From NCBI GenBank assembly GCA_964626565.1, contig CAZVFX010000003.1, positions 45,906 through 109,905 on the forward strand: a stretch of DNA of 64,000 nucleotides, written 5' to 3'. The stretch is from an uncultured Myxococcales bacterium. GTDB taxonomy: Bacteria > Myxococcota_A > UBA9042 > CAIXZC01. The stretch's first letter is position 1. Every line of letters starts with the position of its first letter. The translations under genes were made by a program, and so were the position numbers. Below are positions 37,501 through 46,359 of this stretch, in pieces. Under the pieces are notes generated by a model. It ran no database searches, was not told where the DNA came from, and was given only the letters and a program-made list of their open reading frames with translations.

Positions 37501-40138
37501 TGTGGCATGGGGCGGTGACAACACACCTGTGCAAAGCGTGACGGTAAACTGGGCTGGTACCTTCGGTGGCGAAATTGAAGTGAGCGCCGAGCCCGGAATT
37601 CCGTCCCTCGCACCCCTCCCCGGCGGCGGCCATATTATCGCGTGGGCGGATGAAGGCGGGACCGTCGCGGTCCGACGCTACAGCATCGCCAATACCCCCC
37701 TCGGGCCAGCGGTCGGGCTGAGCTCGCAGGGGACCGGGGCATCGGTTGCTACGGTTGCGGACGGCACTGTGCTTGTGGCCTGGGCCGAGGAAGGAGATGG
37801 CGGCAGCCAGATCCTTTACAGTATTTTGCCCGCTGACGGAGGGCCGGCGACTGTGCCGGTCGCTCTGAGCAGCGCCGACTCCCTGGACAATTCGGCCACA
37901 GCAACCGCCGCGTTCCAAGACGGCAACCGGTTCGTAGTCGTCTGGGAGAGCAATTTCGGCGGTGACCAGGGTTGGGACATCAGCGCCATGTGCGTGAGCA
38001 AGCTGGGCCACAAAATGCATCTTTGCGACCCATGTGGCGACGGTGTATGCGGCGGGGGAGAAACATGCGAGAGTTGCGAGCAGGACTGCGGTCCCTGTTC
38101 GCCAGGTTGCGGCGACAACACCTGCGGCGCCATCGAATCGCCGTGCAGTTGCCCCGCAGATTGCGGTCTACCCTGTGAGAACGAAGTGTGTGGGGACGAC
38201 GGATGCGGCGGTAGCTGCGGCTTGTGCCCCGGGTGGCAGGATGCCTGCACCGGCGGCCAGTGCATCTGCCAGATCAATTGCGAGGGTAAGGAGTGCGGAG
38301 CTGACGGTTGCGGGGGAGAATGCGGGGACTGCCCGGGGGAACAGATGCACTGCGTCGAGGGCGGCGTGTGCCAGTGTTTCGGGAGCTGCGGCGGCAATGA
38401 GTGCGGAGACGATGGCTGCGGCGAGAGCTGCGGCGAGTGCCCTGATGACAAGGTGTGTCATCCCGACGGTTACTGCGACTGCCCGCCCGACACATCGCAG
38501 TGCGACGACTTGTGCTGCCCGGCAGACGAAATCTGCATCGGGATCAACGAATGCTGCAAGCCCAACTGCACCGACAAGGAGTGCGGCGACGACGGCTGCG
38601 GATCGCTGTGCGGCGAATGCCAGGCCAATCTGGAGTGCGACCAGTTCGGCAAGTGCCGGTGCAACGACTTCAACGTCTTCGACTGGGACGGCTGCAAAGA
38701 TCAACTTCCCGCCGAAGTGCAGGTGAACGACATCACGTCAGGCTGCCAGCGGGAGCCTGCCATCTGCGCCGTGAGCGACGACGATCTGTACGTTGCAGTG
38801 TGGTCGGGCGCCGGCACCCACGACCCCGGGGGAATCTACGGCCGAAGATTCACTGCGGACGGCCTTCCCACAGGGGGACAATTCCACATCGGTGGTGCAA
38901 CTTCGGGAAAGGAGGAGAGATTCCCGGACGTGTCATGCTACCAGGCATCGCAGTTCGTGACAGCCTACCAGCGCGGCTCGCCGGACGACTACGACATCTA
39001 TTTGCAGCGCATGGATATCACCGGAAACGCGGTGGACCAGGAGCAGCAGGTCAACGTCTTTGCCGGGGGCACCCAGGAACTGGCTTCAGTAGCAGTGAGC
39101 GAGTCCGGAGGGTGGGTAGTAGCCTGGCAAAGTTCAGATCCCCAGGGCTCCAACTCTTCGGACGGTTCCGACAACGGCATCTACGCGCGCTTCTACAACG
39201 AAGGCGAGCAGCCCTTTGGCCCGGAGAAGCCGGTGAACGCTTTCACCAACGGTGCACAGGAGGCACCCTCAGCTGCAGCCCTTGCCGACGGGACCTACGT
39301 GATCGCCTGGTCGAGCCAGGGACAGATGGGTGGAGGGCTTCCTTCGGTCATACTTCGGCACTACGACCACGACGGCAGCCCTTCCGGCGGGGAGATTTCC
39401 ATCAACGCCGCGGCCGACTATCTGCAACTGGAACCTGCGGTATCCGCTACCGGCGGCAGCGGATACGTGGTCACCTATGCCGGGCTGATGAACCTGGACC
39501 GCCACCTGTTTGCCCAACGATACAACTTATTCAGTGAGCCGCAGGGATTGGAGTTGCAGTTGAGCCAATACACGGGCGGAGAGCAGGGATACCCGGCTGC
39601 CGCCGGTTTTGATAACGGCGCTTTTGTGGTCGCCTGGCACGGCGAGTGGATGGAAGACACAGAAGGGTTTGACGTTGCGGTGAGAGGCGTAGACCAGAAC
39701 GGCCAGTTCCCCGGCAACCAGATTCACGTCAACACGAAATTGAAAGCCGACCAGCATTTCCCGGACGTCGCGGTCATGGGCGGAGAGGGCTTTGCAACCG
39801 TCTGGGAGAGTGACGGTCAGGACGGCGACGCCTGCGGCGTCTTTCTGCAGACGTTCGGCCCGGAGGGAAATCGACTGTACGGCGGCAATTGCGAGAGCAA
39901 CTGCAACTGGCAGGAGTGCGGCAACGACGGCTGCTGGGGTAGTTGCGGGACGTGCCAGGGCGTACAGGAAATCTGCCTCGATGGAGAATGCGCGTGCCAG
40001 CCCGCCTGCGAAGGCAAGCTGTGCGGCCCCGACGGTTGCGGCGGCGAGTGCGGACAGTGCCTCCCCGACGGATTCGATTGCACCGACGACGTCTGTAACG
40101 CGCAAGGGCAGTGCGAGTACAATCTGCAGGCCCTGTAG
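34532..40138 (+). CDS. Giant (about 1870 aa) secreted lipoprotein G4 with six domain types; the start is the internal M (MRVPLLLLPLLLLCGCPSG)
   Basis: Domain order: the conserved N-terminal Cys module; a MopE-like motif CDGLDNDCDGEVDEE; CGDG/CPxDC repeats; TSP3-like D-rich repeats; C(E/V)GKxCGxDGCxGxCGxC modules; and two blocks of ~50-aa repeats resembling those in ORF 51722..54007. Confidence 0.8.
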   Translation: MRVPLLLLPLLLLCGCPSGSPTVEPGDDSIDAIEILDASRADANLLDRAVPEDRGGGDRGQTEVAACEPGNAQAGCSCAGDEDCATGSCTLHFGSKVCAAPCAAGCPEGWECGDDDGASGLCSSLFPTLCLPCFASDQCGENDALCALHPDATGAFCGAACDEFSPCPAGWSCKPVDTIEGEKSHQCIVKAGTCLCSDYAVDQGLEAYCETSNELGACAGLRQCVDGGLSPCDAPEPQDESCDGLDNDCDGEVDEETTCDDGDACTEDDYCDQGECTGQAVECDDGDLCTTDSCLPESGCSFEPNELACEEDGDPCTEDVCVDGACSHPPGNDGMPCDDLDDCTTGDHCFEGACIYDDYLDMCKLVCSDGLCIFPENPDDCPEDCGPCGDGVCGFHENGPDGGTCPMDCLTPCGDGLCEYGESPEYCVVDCGGCGDGLCGLHEDGVVCPNDCPPACGNAVCEQDETIEICTVDCIPPCGDGLCVDFENPYNCPTDCSLCDDGVCGISEDQESCPQDCMVICGNGLCEGGENPEECAVDCGWCGDGVCGFAETGSNCPADCFVGCGDNLCGPDEDGLSCPLDCTVDADGDGFEDLVDNCPWLFNPEQINSDNDASGDMCDLDDDNDGDLDASDCAPLDPEVSYLADEQCDGVDNDCDDEVDNEAECAPGLECLGGDCICPPDCEGKECGPDGCDGECGQCPEEQFCLADGSCLCVPDCVGKGCGDDGCEGSCGECTGFQEICLDFSCVCSPDCEGKECGSDGCGGQCGQCDAGVACDEGLCVACVDDGSGGCDDGEIVEFPVSDESGADQRDPAVATLSGGGFVVSWTDSKEDGPVAEEIYARVYGPSGQPLAQSFLVNSGQQGGGQFNSTVTRIQDGTFAIGWDDLGAGAPAGMRARGFEADGTPVAASFAGTNLPAVPPVYPAAGEAWENTFVMVWQNEHPDTPQRYVYILQFDTMGILYDSDAQVSQTPVGADAKVALSSNGIGDGAIVAWGGDNTPVQSVTVNWAGTFGGEIEVSAEPGIPSLAPLPGGGHIIAWADEGGTVAVRRYSIANTPLGPAVGLSSQGTGASVATVADGTVLVAWAEEGDGGSQILYSILPADGGPATVPVALSSADSLDNSATATAAFQDGNRFVVVWESNFGGDQGWDISAMCVSKLGHKMHLCDPCGDGVCGGGETCESCEQDCGPCSPGCGDNTCGAIESPCSCPADCGLPCENEVCGDDGCGGSCGLCPGWQDACTGGQCICQINCEGKECGADGCGGECGDCPGEQMHCVEGGVCQCFGSCGGNECGDDGCGESCGECPDDKVCHPDGYCDCPPDTSQCDDLCCPADEICIGINECCKPNCTDKECGDDGCGSLCGECQANLECDQFGKCRCNDFNVFDWDGCKDQLPAEVQVNDITSGCQREPAICAVSDDDLYVAVWSGAGTHDPGGIYGRRFTADGLPTGGQFHIGGATSGKEERFPDVSCYQASQFVTAYQRGSPDDYDIYLQRMDITGNAVDQEQQVNVFAGGTQELASVAVSESGGWVVAWQSSDPQGSNSSDGSDNGIYARFYNEGEQPFGPEKPVNAFTNGAQEAPSAAALADGTYVIAWSSQGQMGGGLPSVILRHYDHDGSPSGGEISINAAADYLQLEPAVSATGGSGYVVTYAGLMNLDRHLFAQRYNLFSEPQGLELQLSQYTGGEQGYPAAAGFDNGAFVVAWHGEWMEDTEGFDVAVRGVDQNGQFPGNQIHVNTKLKADQHFPDVAVMGGEGFATVWESDGQDGDACGVFLQTFGPEGNRLYGGNCESNCNWQECGNDGCWGSCGTCQGVQEICLDGECACQPACEGKLCGPDGCGGECGQCLPDGFDCTDDVCNAQGQCEYNLQAL

Positions 40139-40141
40139 TGC

Positions 40142-40684
40142 ATGATTCCGGAAAAGGGATGCATCGGCCACGGGAAAACCTCGGCCGACAACGGTTGCCA
40201 CACCTGCGACTCCATCAACGACCCCAACGGCTGGTCCAACAAACCCGATGGCACCAGTTGCAGCGATTTCAACCCGTGCACCAACAACGACAAGTGCGAA
40301 GAAGGGGGCACCTGCACAGGCGCCGCCATCCCCGGCGCGGACTTCATCGACATGCTGAACGGGCTCACCTACGACTGCGAGAAACAACTCGAATGGCAAA
40401 AGACCCCTGGCCCGCAGCAGTACAACTGGCAGGGCGCTGAAGACTACTGCGGCACGCTTGAATTCCACGGCACGGGGTGGGGACTGCCAACTGAGAAGGA
40501 GCTCACAGGAACGTGCGGCGCCGACGCCTACTTCAACGACCTTTCCGGGCTCTACCACACCAAAACCCTGGCGGTGAATCCTCCCAACATGGTGGTTGTG
40601 AACTTCCCCAACTGCTCAGTCGATGAACAGAGTCCAGCAGCGTCGGCTAAGGTGCGATGCAAGAGACCGGCTGGGAGTCAGTAG
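40142..40684 (+). CDS. DUF1566 (Lcl C-terminal domain)-containing protein, in frame with G4 and separated from it only by TAG + TGC; it has no signal peptide of its own
   Basis: LEWQKTPGPQQYNWQGAEDYCGTLEFHGTGWGLPTEKEL is the DUF1566 signature. An N-terminal CxDxNPCTxNDKC repeat continues the G4 repeat type. Both ORFs are in the same reading frame. Confidence 0.6.
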   Translation: MIPEKGCIGHGKTSADNGCHTCDSINDPNGWSNKPDGTSCSDFNPCTNNDKCEEGGTCTGAAIPGADFIDMLNGLTYDCEKQLEWQKTPGPQQYNWQGAEDYCGTLEFHGTGWGLPTEKELTGTCGADAYFNDLSGLYHTKTLAVNPPNMVVVNFPNCSVDEQSPAASAKVRCKRPAGSQ

Positions 40685-40693
40685 GGGGGGGGG
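40684..40693. repeat. G10 homopolymeric tract in the 13-nt gap between convergent genes
   Basis: gtaGGGGGGGGGGatta read from sequence. Confidence 0.6.
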
Positions 40694-40697
40694 ATTA

Positions 40698-41753
40698 CTA
40701 CAGGCTGCAAGTCATGTACATCGCCCAGTTCTTGCCAGGGAAACCTTCGCCCTGGGGCCATGCGGTTTCGCTCTGATAGACGGGTACACACGCATTCTCC
40801 ACCTGGGCCATGGTAACCTGAGCCACGGTAATCTGGGCGTTGTTCGACGGCACAAAGATGACGCCGACATAGTCGCCGCAACCGGGTACGAAGCCCTCTC
40901 CATTGGCCTGGGCGTCAGCGATGATCTCGTTGGCCCTGGCCTGGCTCCAGCTTCCCAGCCCGGACGTGAGCACCACATCGTCGATGAGGGTCCAGATGGC
41001 CCGCTGTACGTCGCCGTAGGTGTACACACCACCAGATGCGGATGGCTGTCCCGGGTACGACTGATTAAGAATGTAGTTCAGCAGGTCGAGATTCTCCGGA
41101 TGCTCAACCAGGCCCTCGGGGAGAGGCTCATAGCTGGAGAACACTTGTGCGCTGTACCACGTGCCGGGATAGATCACCCGGTCGGTGTCGATGCAATAGT
41201 CGTCGTAGATTCCGTCCAGAACCGAGCCGCCGGCGACGGTCAGGTCGAAGTAGCTGGGCTCACCATACGCGGTGCCGGCGTGGGCAACCTTCATGGATAC
41301 CGAGTCGGGCAGACCGGCTGCAAAGCCCTCAAGGTTGGAGTCGTAACCGACGATGGTGGAAACAACGCCATGTGCCGCGAGGAGCAACTCTTCGCCGTTG
41401 TAGTCTTCCAGCGGAATCGCAAGATTGATTTCCGAGGCGTACTCCTCCACGCTTTCGTGGTGTTCGAACTGGCCGGGAATGGGATTCCCCTTCTTCTGAG
41501 GAATGTCCGCAAGTTCATATCCGTATTCGAAGCGCGCTGCGGAGATACACCAGTCGCCGTCAATCACGTAGTCCACGTACATGTACTCCCCATCGCTGAA
41601 CGCGTAAATCTCTCCAACGTCAATCGCCGATTCGGCGTTACCTCCTCCGGCAATGAGGTCCGCGCTGCATACCTCCTGAGCGGTGGCCGGGTTCGCGGCG
41701 AAAAGTGACAAGACGATAACGAACATTGCGGAAGTTTGTGTCAGTTTCTTCAT
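40698..41753 (-). CDS. Secreted hypothetical protein (about 350 aa); the start is the internal M (MKKLTQTSAMFVIVLSLFAANPATAQE)
   Basis: Sec signal peptide with AxA cleavage site. The mature protein is acidic and Tyr/Gly-rich; I recognise no family. Confidence 0.55.
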   Translation of the reverse strand: MKKLTQTSAMFVIVLSLFAANPATAQEVCSADLIAGGGNAESAIDVGEIYAFSDGEYMYVDYVIDGDWCISAARFEYGYELADIPQKKGNPIPGQFEHHESVEEYASEINLAIPLEDYNGEELLLAAHGVVSTIVGYDSNLEGFAAGLPDSVSMKVAHAGTAYGEPSYFDLTVAGGSVLDGIYDDYCIDTDRVIYPGTWYSAQVFSSYEPLPEGLVEHPENLDLLNYILNQSYPGQPSASGGVYTYGDVQRAIWTLIDDVVLTSGLGSWSQARANEIIADAQANGEGFVPGCGDYVGVIFVPSNNAQITVAQVTMAQVENACVPVYQSETAWPQGEGFPGKNWAMYMTCSL

Positions 41754-41893
41754 GGCAATTCTCCATTGGTAGTTGCTGCGTTCTATCTGTTTGGCAGCGT
41801 TGTCGATTTTCAAGAAACTCGGCCATTTGTCGGTGGTTCCGGCGGTTCCTTACAGTCTTTTCTTGTGTGCTGAAATTCGCGTGGCCGAGGTCG

Positions 41894-42817
41894 TCAGCCT
41901 TCCATTTCCTCGACGATCCGACCCAGGCTGTTGGCGAATGTGATGCGGACCTTCTTGTAGTCTTCGAGGATGTAGTCGAACAGCGGTCTTCGGTGGGGAG
42001 AAACCTTGTAGTCCCGGTCGGGGAAGACCGGGCCGAAATGCTCCTGGCCCGCGAATTTTTTGAAGCCGAAAGGCTTGAGGCGCAGTGCGGAGATTATGCC
42101 GTAAACTCTAATCAGGTGCTTGAACGCGTGGGTAATCTCCACCTGACTTTCATACGCAGCAAACGCGGCCTCTTTGAGTTGCAGTTCCTCCGGGGTCAGA
42201 AAGAAGCGGTGGGCCTCTCCCTTATGCCACGGCGCAAAGCGAAGCGGCACCAGAAAGAATATCTCGTACGCGGGCAGTTCGTAGAAGGGGATCTTTACCC
42301 CCCCTGCAATGGAGAGCTGCCTCACTACACGAGCAGTTATGTAGTGAGACAGGTCGTGCTCCACGTGCCCGCCCTGCCAGGCCAGGGCCCACACCACGTC
42401 GGCCTTCTCGATCCTGGGCCTGATCGCTTCCTCAACGGACCCGACCAGGTGTCGGATCCGATTGCGCAAAGGAAGCGTCAACGCCCGGTCGGCAGGAACG
42501 CGCGCCAGGTCGATGAGTAGCTGGTAGATGTCGAGTTCCGAGTGCCCCATGAAGGTGAGCTGAGGGAGCTGGTAGCCTAGAATCGACATCGCGGCCACGC
42601 ACTCGTGATACCTCAGACGGGCGTACTCCTGCGGATCCATGCCCGCGTGGGGCGCGAGGCCGTCACCGTTGGTCATCCACGCCACCTCGGCGCGCTCGTG
42701 GAGCCGGGCCAGCATGCCCGCGTACGGCAAGTCGTCGTCCTGGTGGGCGAAGATAAAGGCGTGCCGGTTGCCCGCGGCAAACAACTCTTCGGGATAAGGC
42801 ACAAATCCAGGACTCAT
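41894..42817 (-). CDS. PIG-L/LmbE-family N-acetylglucosaminyl deacetylase; the start is the internal M (MSPGFVPYPEE)
   Basis: FIFAHQDDDL matches the PIG-L AHxDDE zinc-binding motif. The ATG overlaps the stop of the upstream DegT gene (ATGA). Confidence 0.65.
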   Translation of the reverse strand: MSPGFVPYPEELFAAGNRHAFIFAHQDDDLPYAGMLARLHERAEVAWMTNGDGLAPHAGMDPQEYARLRYHECVAAMSILGYQLPQLTFMGHSELDIYQLLIDLARVPADRALTLPLRNRIRHLVGSVEEAIRPRIEKADVVWALAWQGGHVEHDLSHYITARVVRQLSIAGGVKIPFYELPAYEIFFLVPLRFAPWHKGEAHRFFLTPEELQLKEAAFAAYESQVEITHAFKHLIRVYGIISALRLKPFGFKKFAGQEHFGPVFPDRDYKVSPHRRPLFDYILEDYKKVRITFANSLGRIVEEMEG

Positions 42818-44070
42818 GCAAGCTCCCCAATATGTTCCTTCACTTTGGCCACCGCTTCGAGGATGTCGTCGGTGTCTCCCGCCTCGCCCAGCAGATAGGG
42901 GTAGTGCAGCCAGCACCCTTCATCCAGGGCAAATTTTTCGCCCACCGGGAAGCTGAACTGAGCCAGAGTGTCGGCTGCTCTAATCCCGTCTCCGTACCGC
43001 TCCCGCAGCATGGGGAATTCATCAGTCGTCGCATTCATCAACGGATTGTGCGGCAGGGGCGGATAGAAAATGCCGTCCATTTCGATCCCTTCCGCGGTGA
43101 GCGCTTCCAGGAACCCGTCGCGGTGGACGCCCTCGAACTGAGCGGCATCATAGTTGAGGATAAACTGGTAGACGCCCCGCCTGGTCTCCCTGGGGTCTAC
43201 CGGGACCGGGGTCAAACCACCGATTGCGGCCAGCCCTTCGGTCAGCCGTGTCGCATTACGATTCTTGATTTGCAGCAACTCGTCGGCCCGGGCCAGTTGG
43301 GCCAGCATCACGCCGCACTGCATTTCCGTCATTCTAGCGTTGTAGCCCAGGAGCCAGCCGTCGAACGAATCGTAGCCTTCTTCCTTCCTTCCGCAGTTGA
43401 CCAGGGAGTGGACTTTTTCCGCGTACAAGTCGTCGTTGGTGGTAATGAGCCCGCCCTCTCCCGAAGTAAGAATCTTGGAGGTCTGAAAGCTGAAGGAACC
43501 GAAATGACCCCAGCTCCCTACCCCCTTGTCCCGCCACTGGCTGCCGTGGGCGTGGGCACAGTCCTCGAGGAGTATCAGGTCGTACTTCTCGGCAATCTGA
43601 GTCAACCTGTCAAGGTCTGCTATACTGGACCCGAGGTGCACCGGGACTATGGCCCTGGTACGATCGGTTACAGCCGCTTCCACCAGGTCGGGGTCGATAC
43701 AGTAGTTATCGGGAGAAACGTCCACAAAAACCGGCACCGCATTGATGTATACCGCACACGCCGCAGTAGCGATCCAGGTGGTACAGGGAACGATCACTTC
43801 ATCGCCGGCCTTCACGCCTGCGGCGCGCAAGGCTATCTCCAACGAAATTGAGCCGTTGGTGCAGCAGATTCCGTAACGTGCGTCCTGGTACGCGGCGAAG
43901 CTACGGCCCAACTCGGCGGCCCGCGGCTGGGGTTCCGGAAAGCCGCCCCAGTCGCTGTTTTCCACCGCATCGATAACAGCGTTTCGTTCGTCGTCGCTTC
44001 GCACCGGCCAGCGGGGCCAGCTTTTGCCTCCTCGCACCGGGACGCCGCCATTGATCGCCAGTTTCGACAT
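42814..44070 (-). CDS. DegT/DnrJ/EryC1/StrS-family PLP-dependent (amino)sugar aminotransferase
   Basis: AVENSDWGGFPEP...GICCTNGSISLEIAL...DEVIVPCTTWIATA...FSFQTSKILTSGEGG places the PLP lysine in the SFQTSK context typical of DegT. Confidence 0.8.
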   Translation of the reverse strand: MSKLAINGGVPVRGGKSWPRWPVRSDDERNAVIDAVENSDWGGFPEPQPRAAELGRSFAAYQDARYGICCTNGSISLEIALRAAGVKAGDEVIVPCTTWIATAACAVYINAVPVFVDVSPDNYCIDPDLVEAAVTDRTRAIVPVHLGSSIADLDRLTQIAEKYDLILLEDCAHAHGSQWRDKGVGSWGHFGSFSFQTSKILTSGEGGLITTNDDLYAEKVHSLVNCGRKEEGYDSFDGWLLGYNARMTEMQCGVMLAQLARADELLQIKNRNATRLTEGLAAIGGLTPVPVDPRETRRGVYQFILNYDAAQFEGVHRDGFLEALTAEGIEMDGIFYPPLPHNPLMNATTDEFPMLRERYGDGIRAADTLAQFSFPVGEKFALDEGCWLHYPYLLGEAGDTDDILEAVAKVKEHIGELA

Positions 44071-44080
44071 GAGCTTCCTC

Positions 44081-45337
44081 CTAGATGAGATCTCGTTTGA
44101 TCAACGCCTCCAGCACCCCGGCCGCCTTGCCGACCGAGGGTACGAGAGGATTCGCCTGAAGTGCCAGAAATGCCTTGTCGCGATCCCGGTTCACCGCGGC
44201 CTTGATAGCCAGCCGCTCGTACGCCTTTACCTGGGAGATGAGCCCCATGATGGAGGCTTCCACTTCGCCGATATGCAGCGGTTCGACGCCCGCGCTGGAG
44301 AGCATGGACGGAATCTCGACACAGGCATCCCCGGGCAGCCCTTCGATCGCGCTGTGGTTCAGCGTGTTGACTATGAGTTTGGCAGGTTTGGGACGGCTGA
44401 GCGCCTCCATCACCTCCACGGCAACCCGGGAATACCAGGCGCCGCCCCGTTCGGTGAGCAGCGCCGGTTTGAGCGAGTTCGCGGGGTCTGCGTAGTACTC
44501 AAGCAGATTCTCCTCAATCTCCATCACTTCCTCGGCCCGGGTCCGCTCCTTCTCAAGGAGTTTCTCCATCATCTGGTCCGGCGCATAGAAGTAACGCACA
44601 TAGGACGATGGAATCATGCCGAGTGCCGCGAGGAATCCAGCGGGGTACTCGAGCTCCGGGATGTTCTTGGGGCCGTAGGCCGATTCCAGACTCTCGATGA
44701 GATAGGGCAGCACGTCCTTCTCGTCGATGATAATCTTCCTTGCCCACCCCAGGTGGTTCAGCCCCACCCAGTCCATATCCACCAGGTCCGGTTCGGTACG
44801 CATGTGCCTGGCGACGTCCATCTGGAACTCCTTGGGGACGTTGCACAAACCAACGCAGCGGGTGGTGGCGAATCGGCATATAGCCTCGGTAACTATGCCT
44901 GCGGGGTTGGTGAAATTTATAAGCCACGCCTTGGGGTTTACGTCCCGGACCTTACGGGCCATGTCGAGAATTACGGGGATGGTCCGAAGCGCCTTGGCAA
45001 AGCCGCCCACCCCGGTGGTCTCCTGCCCGATGAGCCCCCGGTCGAGCCCCATCAGAATATCCTCGTGCCTCGCCTCCTGGCCGCCGACGCGGATCTGAAA
45101 CACGACAAACTGGGCGCCATCCACGGCCGCCTCGAAGCTGTCGGCAGCCTCCACAATCAGGTCGGAATTGAGCCCACGGGACATGCGCCCGGAAAAACCG
45201 GCCACAGTTTCCAGCCGCTCCCGGTCGATGTCGAAAAGGGAAGCGGTGCTGACACCGCCGTTGACCTGCCACAGGGCAAGCCCCTCAATAAGTTCCGGGG
45301 TGTAGCTGCTGCCACCACCGATAATCGCCACTTTCAT
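44081..45337 (-). CDS. Glycoside hydrolase family 4 (NAD+/Mn2+-dependent 6-phospho-glycosidase-like) enzyme
   Basis: MKVAIIGGGSSYTPELIEGL, INFTNPAG and GLCNVP align closely with CelF/GH4. Confidence 0.8.
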   Translation of the reverse strand: MKVAIIGGGSSYTPELIEGLALWQVNGGVSTASLFDIDRERLETVAGFSGRMSRGLNSDLIVEAADSFEAAVDGAQFVVFQIRVGGQEARHEDILMGLDRGLIGQETTGVGGFAKALRTIPVILDMARKVRDVNPKAWLINFTNPAGIVTEAICRFATTRCVGLCNVPKEFQMDVARHMRTEPDLVDMDWVGLNHLGWARKIIIDEKDVLPYLIESLESAYGPKNIPELEYPAGFLAALGMIPSSYVRYFYAPDQMMEKLLEKERTRAEEVMEIEENLLEYYADPANSLKPALLTERGGAWYSRVAVEVMEALSRPKPAKLIVNTLNHSAIEGLPGDACVEIPSMLSSAGVEPLHIGEVEASIMGLISQVKAYERLAIKAAVNRDRDKAFLALQANPLVPSVGKAAGVLEALIKRDLI

Positions 45338-46353
45338 AACGCGAACTCCTCTCGTACCACCAGATGCATTCCCGAATAATCGGCTTCGACCCCCATTTCA
45401 CACGCCAGATCCATGGCGTAAAGAACTCCTCCGGCGACAGGCCTTAGGGCCAGCGCCACCGGGAACACCCGGGGAAACTCGTTCTTCACGTCGGAAAGCA
45501 GCGAGTCGGTCACATGTCCGGTGGCGCCCTTCTGCAGAACGCTGCCGCCCATCACCAGCGGAAACGACTCATCAGCCGAGAAGAGCTGCCTCGCTACCGC
45601 CCCCACCGACAGCCCCAGTTCAGTTCCCGCCCACTCAAGGATGGAGATGGATACCTCATCGCCGCCCGCCGCGGCTTCGAACACCAGCGGCGCCAGCATC
45701 CCGGGGTTGAAGCTGTCGATGTACTTGCCGTGCCCTTTCGCCCGATTGTCAGCCAGAAAATAGTCGACAATGTCGTCCAGCCGTTCCAACTTCAGACGGG
45801 TCATGAGCAGATCAACCAGGGCAGTCTCCGGACCACGCCCATCTTGAGAGCGGAAGGTGCGTCGCAAGGCCTGGACTCCGATGTCGGAAGCGCTGCCCAA
45901 ATCGCCGAATTCCGGACCGTGGCCGCCGACGCGGAACCGCTCGCCGCGGCTGTTGGCGCCCATGGCATTACACCCCGTACCCGAAACCACACCTACGCCC
46001 ACACCGTCGTCGGTGCCGGCCCGCAAGGCCAGGTAGGCGTCGTTGACCAGGTCCAGCGGTACGCCGGGCATCAACTCCTCGAACGCACCCCGAATAACAA
46101 CGTCGTCCTTGGGCCGGTCGAGGCCTGCGATCCCCAGGCCGGCAGCGGCCACATCTTCCCGGGGAGCCCCCAGTCCGTCGAGCGCGGCCTCGATAAGCCG
46201 GCCCCACTCGTCCCGGGCCCGCTTGATACCACACCCCTGGTAGTTGGTGCCGCCCCCGGTGACTGAGCAGCAACGCCCGTCCGCAAGGGACACTGCGGCA
46301 CACTCAGTCTTAGTGCCGCCCCCATCCACCCCGATGACTATGCTTTGGCCCAT
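45334..46353 (-). CDS. BadF/BadG/BcrA/BcrD-type ATPase (N-acetylglucosamine kinase-like sugar kinase)
   Basis: VIGVDGGGTKTECAAV is an ASKHA phosphate-1 motif. The 339-aa length and architecture fit NagK/MurK-like kinases. Confidence 0.7.
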   Translation of the reverse strand: MGQSIVIGVDGGGTKTECAAVSLADGRCCSVTGGGTNYQGCGIKRARDEWGRLIEAALDGLGAPREDVAAAGLGIAGLDRPKDDVVIRGAFEELMPGVPLDLVNDAYLALRAGTDDGVGVGVVSGTGCNAMGANSRGERFRVGGHGPEFGDLGSASDIGVQALRRTFRSQDGRGPETALVDLLMTRLKLERLDDIVDYFLADNRAKGHGKYIDSFNPGMLAPLVFEAAAGGDEVSISILEWAGTELGLSVGAVARQLFSADESFPLVMGGSVLQKGATGHVTDSLLSDVKNEFPRVFPVALALRPVAGGVLYAMDLACEMGVEADYSGMHLVVREEFAL

Positions 46354-46359
46354 GAGCGC

